Shown here piece by piece: positions 53,253 through 64,000 of a DNA stretch of 64,000 nucleotides (the stretch's first letter is position 1; each line of letters begins with the position of its first letter). The translations under genes were made by a program, and so were the position numbers. Source of the stretch: Mytilus edulis. Taxonomy: Eukaryota. The notes beneath the pieces were generated by a model that worked only from the letters and a program-made list of their open reading frames with translations, did no database searches and was not told where the DNA came from. The stretch covers positions 50,158,001 to 50,222,000 of the forward strand of contig NC_092353.1 of the NCBI RefSeq assembly GCF_963676685.1, given 5' to 3'.

Positions 53253-54535
53253 GACAACAACAATGTCATAGCAGTTCGAAGACTAGTTCGTCTTATATGT
53301 TGCACATCATATAATAATATCATATATCGGTATCCACGAAAATTGGTACCCACGAAAATAATATAATCCACAGTACACAAAATTCTTAATATACGAATTT
53401 AAGATATATATATTGAGTAAGTAAAGACGTGTTTTGTTTTTCTCATTTCTTTTCAGTATAGTTGTAAATTATTGATGCACACATTTGTATATAATAGCAA
53501 TCATCGAAAACATCCATATTTGTAATGGTCAAAACTGAATAAAGCCTCGTTGGTGAGTAATTTATATCCGTATGCGTATACTGAATGGGATATTTCAGTA
53601 CTAGTATACATAAGACCGTAATGAATCTTGTACTAAATATAACCTTATAAATCTTGGTGCTAGCAGTAGTTTTTTTATGACAATTTATCGACTGGAAATA
53701 AGATAATAAACGATTGTTAAAAATAAATTGTCCAGTAACCGAGTCCATTTGGATAGTTTCCCCGATTTATTTTAAAGGCGTTTTAGATCATGATTATGTT
53801 TGCATGAACGGCATAAGGGATATAACTCGGAAGAAATTCTGAATTCCGAGTACACAGTTATCGTTCATTGTCTACACACAAATATATTCCCTAGTGTGGA
53901 CAGTGTATAACTTGCGTATATTTTCATAAGCTTTCCTAATTTATTTCTATAGTTATTGTATGCGTGCATCTTTAAGTAGAGTGATAAAAATACATATTAA
54001 GAAAATTTGGGATGAAACAAATAAACTCATCATAGATACCAGGATTGAAATTTTATATTTGCGCCAGACGCGCGTTTCGTTTACAAAAGACTCATCAGTG
54101 ACGCTCGAATATAAAAATGTTAAAAAGGCCACAGTAATCCCATTGAAAGTTAAAATCTAGGTTGCGGATAAAGAATTTGGGATTTCTTTTTGTAAGTGCA
54201 TAATAGTCCGAGATTGCTCAGACTTTTGACGACCAGACCGTGATGTGTATCAAACAACTAAAAATGGAATCAGCATGATCCGTATGAAAGGAGAAAAGAC
54301 ATAAAAAAAAATACAAAACGATTAGTTGAAGAAAGACAGACACTGCCAAAGAAAAACATACAAATCCGAAAGTCCACTAAATACAACATCTATAGTTTAG
54401 TGCTCCGGAAGGGTAAACAATTCCTGATTAACGAGCGACACCTGTAGATTTCCTCATGGCGATTAAAAATCCGTAGATCAGCTAGTTTTTTTTTCGAGTC
54501 ATAAACGACACAAAGAGGATAAGATAGTAGCCTTA

Positions 54536-54943
54536 GAGTGCATTTGTTTCTAACCCGAAATTTTGTCATCGATGACTATCGTTTAGTAAACGTTGAGCTG
54601 CTAGAAACAAATACATCGTTTAATAAACTTTACCGACCCCACGTTGTCAGACAGAAATAGATTACACTCACGCACTGTAAACAAACAGGTAAAAGTGCGG
54701 GAAATAAATAACCAGGACTTTGCGAAAACAACACGTGCTCGTAATTATTTAAACGACAGATGCAGAAACAAATGTATCGTTTACACGTCTCAACGATAAA
54801 CGATCAACGACTACGCGACTATTTTGCGCGTACATCGTTTACGTGAACGATGTCAACGTTGACCAAAAAATGTAAGAAACAAATGGATTAAACGACTACG
54901 CGCGTAATCGTTTACATCGTTTAGGTTAGAAACAAATGCGCTC
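54536..54943. mobile_element. PIF/Harbinger-like MITE
   Basis: TIR GAG(T/C)GCATTTGTTTCTAACC; TTA TSD. Confidence 0.8.
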
Positions 54944-56878
54944 TTAATTGTGCGGGCCATCTTTGACACTGATATTCCATAATTTTCAACCCAATCATGC
55001 TGGCATCTGTTTAACTTTTGAAGAGCTGACCTCGACTTTACCATCATGAACCAAATTGGTTCAAAGGTGACAACAACAACCTCCCTTGAAGGCAATCATG
55101 ATAAGATACATACAATTTACAATATTGTATGAACTGCGGTTGATTTTACTCCATTAGAAGATATTGTTTGATTTATTTATTTTTTTGGATAGAAATGGTG
55201 AGTTCACGAAAGGAAATATAAATTTTTCTTTTGTTGTAAATTTTACTTGCATTACGAGGAGATGGCCTTACATGTTGTATGTAGCTCTAACGAGTCTTAG
55301 TACCTACAATGTATATCTAATCCCCACCTTCCTGAGAGTGAAGAAGTTTCACATTAATTTAGAGGAGGGGTTTTCATTGCTGGTATTAAATATAGAAACT
55401 TTCATTTAATGTTTTCGTGGCGCATATGACAGACAAATCAATATAATAAAACATAATTTGTTATGACACGCCGCGATATGGATAAGAAATATAATATTAT
55501 TGACTGATTGTTTGTTGCTTGACGTCCATTGGCAAATATTTCAGGGAAGATCCATAAGTTGGGAATATGATTTAAAACGGACCAAATATTATTTAGTGTG
55601 TATCGATAGACGTGGAGTATACGTTTCAAGTTTCCTTGTGAATTTTTATTATTATATTAACGAACAGGAGAGACCAATATTTGTTCTATGACACCCACAC
55701 GAAGCGTTAATATAAATCAAAGTATGTATACCAACTTTATAAATTATACAACATCATAAAAATTTAAACAGTAGGACAGAGTTATTCTATATTTACTTAC
55801 ACTCCATTCACTTTTAATACTTGAACTTTTTTTAAAAAGGGAAGTGAAATCGAGTCAAGGGTGTAATATCAGTTTTAGTGATCAATGATTTCTTTTAAAG
55901 TGTAATTTTCTTATGTGAAATTGGGCAATAATCATAAATCCATATACTAGTGTATGAAGTTTACGATCGTACCCACAACTGTCACTTCTTCAAGGTTATT
56001 TTTTTAAGATTTGGGGTCAATTGTTGAATACCTATAAGACGCCAGTAAAAAATTACACTTCTTGAAATAGTCAGTAAACAAATAGTGATTGTGACATTTT
56101 TCTTCAGAAAAAAAAATGTTTATAAATATAAGCAACCCGGCGAAAATAGTTCTTCGCTGTAGACTAACTTACATGGGGAGCAGAAAGAAGACAAACGGGC
56201 TTTCAAACTCACAAGTCGAAGTAGTCCGCGTTTGTTCTGACGTCTAACAACTGTTTTGCCAGACAAGGCAGCTAGGCAGTGACTCAAGTCAAAAATAAAT
56301 TAAACTTACAACGCAAATGAAAGAGAACAGTTAAAAAGTAAAAACAACAGTATACTACACACGTTCTCCCTTTCTTTCCCAGATCCCTGTTTCTATTTAC
56401 TCTAATAACCGACATCCAACTTTTTATATATATCCCGCATCCCAAAATATTCATAAACACTCATACTTGCAATAAATATATAAAAAAAAAACTGTATTTT
56501 TGTATACAATAACTTTATCTTAATTCACGTTAACCCTCAAAAAGTCAAGTAAATATCACAATTACAGCACATAATAATTTATACAAAAACATATCATTTA
56601 CAACAAATGCTTCATGTTTTCAAGACTACTCATATAAAAGTATTTATTATTTAACTGTATTAATTTGCAATCTTTCACTCCTAAAGTCAACTTATTCCAT
56701 ATGTATGCAAAAGAAAAACATAAAAGTTTTCTAAAGTTTTTTTTCTCACTTTTTTTGTGTTATCTTTGGCTTTGGCAGGCTAAACAATTTCTCAACTGTT
56801 TGAAATTTGTTCTTTAAAATGCAAAACCTCAATGAGCTCTCTGACTACTATGTACAATATTTGAGGCTGGTACTTGTA

Positions 56879-59800
56879 CTATTGAATACTACAACCCCTA
56901 CGCCGGGATTTTATAGTTTTTTCCTTAGAGTCCTTTTTAATTAATTGCTCAATTCCATCGACACATGTATTATTTAAGTCTTCATTCTGACACTGATGTT
57001 TTTGTTCAAGGTGCGCATATGCTTTTACTGAATTTACTGTAGCGGTAATTGGTGCAACACGTGCTACTTGTAGTCTAGATTCATCTGAACTCCATTGAGA
57101 ATCGCAGCTTTCATCAGTTAATTCAACAGGGAAACGGATTGTCGGTATATTTGGCATAGAACCTACAATAAAATGATAACTTTAAGATCTTTTAACCCAC
57201 ATGCAATATTATTTTTAATGTTATCAATATTTCTTCACGGTTATAGCTAATACATTATCTTATCGAAAACATTCTCATTTTAAGAGATGATTCAAAGGGG
57301 GAAGAGGTCGCAATGTTTTTCAGCATAAAATCTTCAAAACAAATTTAAACTCGCTACGCTTCTCGTTTTTTTTCTTCGTCCCGATTTAATGGAATTACGC
57401 CCCCTTATGAAAAATCCTACATCCATCCCTAAATGTAAGAGCACATAAGCACACTGGTCCCCTGTTGTATTCAGTTATTGCTACGCTTCGGTGCGGAGTT
57501 TAGTTGGAACGGGGGACCAGCTTACTCCGTAGTATATCTGAGGTAGTTAAAGCAGACCCACGTTTGCCTACTTTGTCATGTGTCAATATATATACTCACG
57601 TGATATCTCGTCTGCTATAAATTCCTGATTTGTATGGGTAAGGGCATTACAGAGGGCCTTAATTCCATAGTGTTTTGTTGTGAGAACATTGATTAAACGT
57701 AATAGTCTTTCCTCCTTATTCCTAGGTTCTCTGATAAACATCTCAGTCACGTGCGTTAACACGTGCTGAGATATCAGGTATGGTATCAAGTCATTTACTT
57801 GGTAAATATTGTTCAAGATGAAAGGAATCTTCTCATGGAGTATTCGCACTTCTGTCTTTGACATTGGCTTTCCTAAATAGATATCAAACAGTCGTGTATA
57901 TTATTTAATTTCTGAAAAAGTTGTTAAGCTTTTAAATTGTATTATCAAACGTGTTTGAAATTGCCATACTCATCTCTAACTTTGTAGATAGATATATAGG
58001 AAGATGTGGTGTGAGTGCCAATGAGACAACTCTCATAGTCATTCAAATAACAATTTAAAGAATGTAAACCGTTATAGGTCCATGTACGGCCTTCAACACG
58101 GAGCCTTGGCTCACACCGAACAACAAGCTATAAAGGGCCCCAAAATTACTAGTGTAAAAGCATTCAAACGGGAAAACCAACGGTCTAATCTATATAAAAA
58201 ACGAGAAACGAGAAACACGTATAAACTACATAAACAAACGCAACCACTGTACATCAGATTCCTATAGCAAACAAGTCCAAACAAAGCCGGCATGACAAGA
58301 CACCACTGCGAAATATTTAAACCTTCGAAAATATTCACTTTAGAAAAAAACCGATTTTAATAATACAGGTAAATCTTGAAGTTTATACAAATTTAGTAAG
58401 AAGAAGTGAAAATTTATATAAAATAACAAAAAAGCATTATAAACAGTATCAACAGGTCAAATTAACAAAAAAAATACGATTTGAGAGTACTCGCAGTTAC
58501 TGACAGCTAGTTAAAAGCCAAACACATGTACAATCAATAATAAAAAATCATGCATCATGCAGACTAAGTAGAGTTTACTATATCTATATATATATGCGTT
58601 CTTGCGCAGCTTCAATAATTCATATAAGTATTAAAGTTACCTCCGATATCAACACCAATGTCTTCTAATGCATTCAGTAACGTCACAAAGCTTTCGTCTG
58701 AGCTTTCATTTGACTGCCAAAACTTTATCGTCTGCCAAAACATTTCAACATAACCGTACTCCCTGCATTCTTCTACCTTTTCTATCTGGTGATTTGATAA
58801 ATGCAGTAATCGTCCCAGTCGACAAATATTTGGACCTGGGTGACAAAGTTTATTTAGATAACTTATTACAGTTTTTTTTTGTTGTTTTTAAATCAATGGA
58901 TTTGAAATTGGATATTTGATGATTTAAAGACAAATTAAAGAACTCTTTTCGAAAATTTTATGTGATTTCTTTACAAATGTTTACCAAATTTGAAAGATTT
59001 CAATCAGTCATGTTCAGAAGTAAACTAGATTAATGCAACTTTTTCTTTCGATTTTCAGGCAGTTCAATGAGCAAAGGATGTGTGCAACTTTTTTCCAAAA
59101 TCTGAAACATAGCCCATATATTGTTCCTTGTCCTTAACATCATCACTACGACATCTCAAATAAAACCTCTAAACTAAAGTTACTAGGCATTTTCAAGTTA
59201 TCTTCCAATGGATTTTTCCATCTATTTCAGTTCTTACCAGGCCAAACATTCATTTACAAAATCATCCTGCCTCTCCCCTCTGAGGCTCACGCTAAAAAAA
59301 TCAAATCGGCGTCCCTTAGGCCTTAAACGGTTTACAAATTTGTATACATACCAATCATTTCCTCATATTTTTGACAAAAACATTTCAATTCAGTCGGCAT
59401 TCTGTAGAATGTAGTATTCGTATCCACGTTGTCTACATTCTTATGACTCAGATTTGATATTTCAATCAAAACCTGATTTATCTGTTTTTGAATTTCTTGA
59501 AATGGAGTTTGCTGTGAATTTCTCTCAACCATTGGACTGACAGAAACCTAGAAGTAAAACACACCAATACATTAAACGTGTGCCTTCTTTTTGTATATGC
59601 AATTGAAGTAAAGCAAACAAAGCTATGACATAACATAACAAAATACAAAAGAGAAGACTTCGTCTCAGAAATGTTTTCCTATATACCTCAAAAATTACAT
59701 TAGATGTATGTTTCATTATAATATTTTATTCTGATTGGCTAACTGCACATCACGTGTTATTCCGTAAGCAGTTGCATTGCTCAATACAACTTTTCACTCA

Positions 59801-61426
59801 TGATAACACGTGCTCCAACAATAAAGTGCACAGGTGAATTAAATAATAAAATTCGTGTTTTCACGATCATAGCTAAAAAATGTAATTATAAGTATTGAAT
59901 GCTTCTTTTTGTAACTTTATAGGGTTGTAAAAGCGTTGACCGTGCGTACATTTTTAGTACTTCGGTCAACGTTTTGACACCCCAATAAATTTACAAAAAG
60001 AAGCATGCAATTCTTAATATAATGGTTTATCATGAAATTTAAGAATTTATTTCTGTGACCTGTGTTGGGAACTTACCACTGGCTGCTTCAGCATAACGTT
60101 TTCTCTGCTGAGTGTCTGTATATGGTTCTCCATTTCTCTGATTCTTTTCTCCAACTGGTATCGTATTGTTTGTTCATGGTGATAGTTGTTAAATGCTCTA
60201 TCTCCATCTACAATCGCAATGTGTTTAGCTATTTTCTTGTCTCTTTGAGTTTGCGTCAGTTGAGCCTGGAGTCTGAGAATCTGGTTTTGAAATTCTTGTT
60301 CATTTTCTAAAGTAGCTGTTCGTTCCACTTCCCTGATATATACCTGTGCATCGTCTTTCCTATTCCTTGATTGGTTTTTTTCTGTTAAAATTTTGAACAA
60401 AATACACGATTGATTGTTGGTTACTATAGTACTTAACGTTCAGTGGCAAATATTTCATGCCGGAATAAAATATACGAAGAATTTAAACTAATACACCATA
60501 TCGCTTTTTACTCCAATCCGAATAAGATCTGAAATTACACAACTTTTACACCCATTTGACATCTATCTGGGGCCCAGTTTAAACAATGTATTACGCATAA
60601 ACCTTTTTATTTATAAAAAAATATTTTTAAACAATCATAAAAAGCTTCAAAAAACTGTTATGATTTTAATATATATATATATTGTTTGCTTTCTATACAA
60701 TTTCTTTCCTTAACTTGAAACAGTTGACGTTTGTTGTTGCAATGTTTGAACCAAACAGGAATTTGTCTTAATTACGATAAATAGCGATAAGGTGTATTCT
60801 ATATACCCATTCAAAAATAAAAGCGTTTTTTAACAAGACATAGACATAAACAAAAGTAATCCAAATCCATTCCAAGCAACATCGTCGCATATATTGATGA
60901 AAAATCAATAAAAAGCATACACAAAACTATGAAAAGACAAAAATCTAAAAACCTTTCGGAATTGAAACAGCCTTTTTAAAAGAGAAGGTACAAGTCTAAA
61001 ACAGAACTTACCTTCTGCATAATACCCATCAACCATTCGTTTCAGCTTTTGTAACACTTTGACAAAGTTTGTACGTCCTTTTATCTTTGGCAATTCATTT
61101 AATAATGGTGGCATTCTTCTTAGTTTTCTGTTGTCTATTATAATAATGTGTCTTTCTAGACAAATTGCCAAAGCAACATCATAAACACATTCAGTCGAGT
61201 CTATAAAGCTATCGGACAAAAGTACCACCACTAAGTCTGACTTTAGAACCGCATTTCTTTTGTTGTCTAGTATCATACATCCGGGTATAAAATCTCTGTC
61301 TCCGTATATAATTCCAATATTAGAATCTTCCAAGCGTTCGATGATTCGTTTCGATTTATTTCTTTCGTCTTCATCTCCACCGTCAGACAAATAAATGGTA
61401 AAGTTACCGCTTACGTCCATTACCAT
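56879..61426 (-). CDS. Multi-domain adaptor-like protein: TIR - coiled coil - Death domain - CARD - polybasic CaaX, 555 aa, 6 coding exons
   Basis: Exons 61012-61426 (TIR: DRDFIPG, VVVLLSDSFIDSTEC), 60077-60381 (coiled coil), 59352-59547, 58641-58835 (Death domain: IGPNICRLGRLLHLSNHQIEKV...MFWQTIKFW...TLLNALEDIG), 57600-57872 (CARD: LIPYLISQHVLT...RLLRLINVL...LCNAL...QEFIADEI), 56879-57162 (ends KSRRRGCSIQ*). All introns GT-AG, phases 1,0,1,1,1; 1668 nt, open. Possible polyA signal at 56643-56648. Confidence 0.8.
57995..58265 (+). repeat. High-copy interspersed repeat (aagatgtggt...gccaatgagacaactc family)
   Basis: Copies at ~5845-5990, 24025-24260, 44160-44300; fragments at 3935-4030, 6430-6545, 62280-62560. 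Confidence 0.75.
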
Positions 61427-62986
61427 TTAATGTCATTTAATCTAAAAGGAAATGGGAACATATCTTTTAAATTAATGTACATGTATAAGCAAAGCGCAAT
61501 TGTTCTTCGACCCTTAGCGATATACTGACTAGTCTTGGTGGTTTACTAAACTGTCAACTCTATGGTTGGAAGTTCTATCTTGAATGAAAAGCATTGGCAA
61601 TTTGCCGCCCCTTTTTACCATCAGGTACTCTGGCTTCCTCAAATTATAAAGTCCGTAAATATATATATGACATAACGCTTAAACACAAACAAACAAACAT
61701 TTTGTTCACATACATTATACGGTTATTTACAAGATGCAATTTTGAACGTTAATATAAGAGTTACAAAAGTTAAGTAGGATTGTAGTTTATCTAAGTTTTG
61801 TGTGAAATTGTGGCTTAAACCTGTACGAATCTAGATTTTCCTTTCGAAGTGATATTTATTGTGAACCGTTTCGAACTTCTAAGCTCCGATCGAATATTAA
61901 CAGCTTTCAGACTGTGTTTTATTATGTATCAAGACTACACAATCTTAAATTGAAAAAAAAGTTGTTCTGTGATTTTCATGCTTACCCTATGACGATAACC
62001 TTTTAAGCAGCATCTCATTAAATTAATGGCTCTCCAACCTCCATGTAAACAGGAAGTTTTTGTATGTATTTATGTTTACATGACACTGGGAAACCCTGAT
62101 TTTTATATATCTATAAAAAGTATTTATTAAAATGTCTAAATTGATTCGGATGTAGGTCAATGTATAAGTAAAGGTTCTTGTAATCACTTCCTTAAGGCTT
62201 TTATATCTTCTTCTGTATACATCTTTTGTCCACAAGTTAAAAAACAGGACATCTTTGAATATATAATGGTGTTGAATTTTCTGTGTTGATTGTTTTGACA
62301 CAGGAAGTTTATTGGCCTGTTACCCAGTGGTTGTCGTTTTATGCTGTGTTGCATATTTGTTTTTCCTTCATTTATTTTGTACATAAATCATTTACTTTTC
62401 TCGTTTGAATTGTTTTATAATTGGCATTTCGAACTGTTTATAGCTGACTATGCGGTATGGGATTTCGGTGAACTATGGTTGTTAATATCTGTGTCATTTG
62501 GTTACTTGTGAAGAGTTGTATCTTTGAGAATCACACCACCATGACCTCATCTTTTTTCTGTATATTAACAGACTGAGTGTGATAATATAGGTGAAGGGAA
62601 AGACCAGCATCTGTTTTAGTTTATAGTTTTGATACACTGAGCCAAGCAGGGTCTAAGGGATCAATCCATGATAGTAATATGAAAGATTCTAATCTTCAAT
62701 CGATATATCAGAAGTCATCATATTGCTTTTTAAAGCTACACTCTACATGTTCTTTTAAAAAATACCAGAGGGACATCCAAAACTGATAGATAAAAAATAA
62801 ACTGACAATACTGACGAACATACAAATTATAGTACACAAGACTCAATATAGAAAACTATAGACTAAGCAACACGAAACCACCAAAAAATGGGGATGATCT
62901 CAGGTGCTCCGGAAGGGTAGGCAGAATGCCGATCCTGCTCCACATATAAACTTTTAATTATTCATACATGTAAGTTTTATACTTAC

Positions 62987-63146
62987 CATATACCGGTTAC
63001 GTTTTAAACAACATCAAACTTGTGTACGCTCTACATCTGCCTGGTATAAACAGGAAGCTTGTTTATGGTTAGGTGACAGTGGAAATACCCGTTTTTTTTG
63101 TATATTTAAAAAGTCTTTTAAATGTCTTTATTGATTGGTTGAGTCA
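62987..63146 (-). promoter_or_regulatory. Putative 5' non-coding exon and promoter of the TIR-DD-CARD gene
   Basis: GTAAGT donor at 62986-62981 that could pair with the ccttttag acceptor at 61442. Upstream cluster: ETS CAGGAAG 63051-63057, kB-like GGAAATACCC 63081-63090, CCAAT 63134-63138, AP-1 TGAGTCA 63140-63146. Confidence 0.45.
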
Positions 63147-63714
63147 CTGTGTAAGTATAGTTTACTCTCACCCATATGGAATTTACTGACCCAAATAAAT
63201 CGTATTTAAATTCACTAAGACACTGTGTAACTAATAATACTTATTTGTAATCGCTTTCTTGCATTTCTTATCTTATTTCCTATTCGTATGTTTTCATCTT
63301 TTGTGGTATACAATATAAACATAAATGGGACATAGCTTCATGTTTTTTTTATTGTGTTAGTTTTTTATTTACTTTATATTTCATTTTATTTTCTAAAGTT
63401 TATTGATATCGCTGATACTCTGTTTTTATGGGGGCGATTTTCAAAGTTTTTATTTTCTATTACTCAACATGTCAATATATCGGTTTATTTTTTCTCTAAT
63501 TTATAGACTTACCATAGCGAAACAATACATACATTTCCCGATTAATGTTTACCAGAGAAAAAAAAAGAATCTGTATTATATATAGTTAATTATGTTTTTT
63601 TATTTTTTAAATAGGATACAGTTTTTGTCCAGTCTGTACATCTGTTGCAGAAAGCGAAACATAAGGAAAGTGATCCGACTGCGTCTACAAACTTCTAGTA
63701 CTTTTAAATATCAC

Positions 63715-64000
63715 CCAATTGATACGATATTCCCGTGCTTGTATTTCCTATCATGATTTTCTTGATAGAGGGTTGTGCCGTCACAAGGAAGCTATTAAAC
63801 CAAGAGTTCCAAATGTTGAAGTTGAAATCATCCCTTCGTAAATTTTACGGACGCCATCACGAATTGGTTGACCGTTATGGAATAACCGTTTCACAGATGA
63901 TATCGGATATGTTCCTTACGTCGTAACTACAATCCCCTTCCCTTTCATAAATGTGACCTACCGAATTAGTCTATTTACCGGATTTGTTACAACATGAGCA
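63715..64000 (+). mobile_element. Penelope-like retroelement 3' fragment (RT C-terminus plus UTR)
   Basis: LIRYSRAC and (after a frameshift) KLLNQEF...LKSSLRKFYGRHHELVDRY. From recall of this family, the ggagcaggatctgcttacccttc repeat at ~12968-13143, 22030-22650, 24830-24955, 40355-40610, 47573-47795, 62760-62945 is its downstream continuation. Confidence 0.6.

Noticed and set aside
58836-59101. Longer Death-domain exon starting at the tttcag acceptor near 59102
   Set aside because: The frame required by exon 3 stops after 12 codons and the other frames also contain stops; the acceptor at 58836 gives the right phase and an intact domain.

Overview
AT-rich, intron-containing animal DNA; the interspersed repeats look like those of a bivalve mollusc (Mytilus-like; inference). 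It is not prokaryotic and has no CRISPR array or rRNA. Hand-splicing on GT-AG sites recovers eight protein-coding genes. (1) Two tandem-duplicated CD164/porimin-like sialomucins (minus strand, 450 and 233 aa) differ mainly in the copy number of an 11-aa repeat. (2) An 8-exon PPIL6 cyclophilin (minus) has a candidate 27-nt microexon and lies directly upstream of the CD164-like genes, as in human. (3) Four Tctex1-domain dynein light chain genes with intronless CDS (plus) form two sub-pairs. (4) The standout is a 6-coding-exon minus-strand gene (56879-61426, 555 aa) with the architecture TIR - coiled coil - Death domain - CARD - polybasic CaaX box, i.e. a candidate prenylated, membrane-tethered multi-adaptor for innate immune or cell-death signalling, with kB/AP-1/ETS-like sites upstream. 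The rest is MITEs, SINEs, Penelope-like fragments, Helentron-like elements and minisatellites, including a four-level nested insertion at 1.6-4.9 kb. All domain calls come from visual motif recognition, not database searches.
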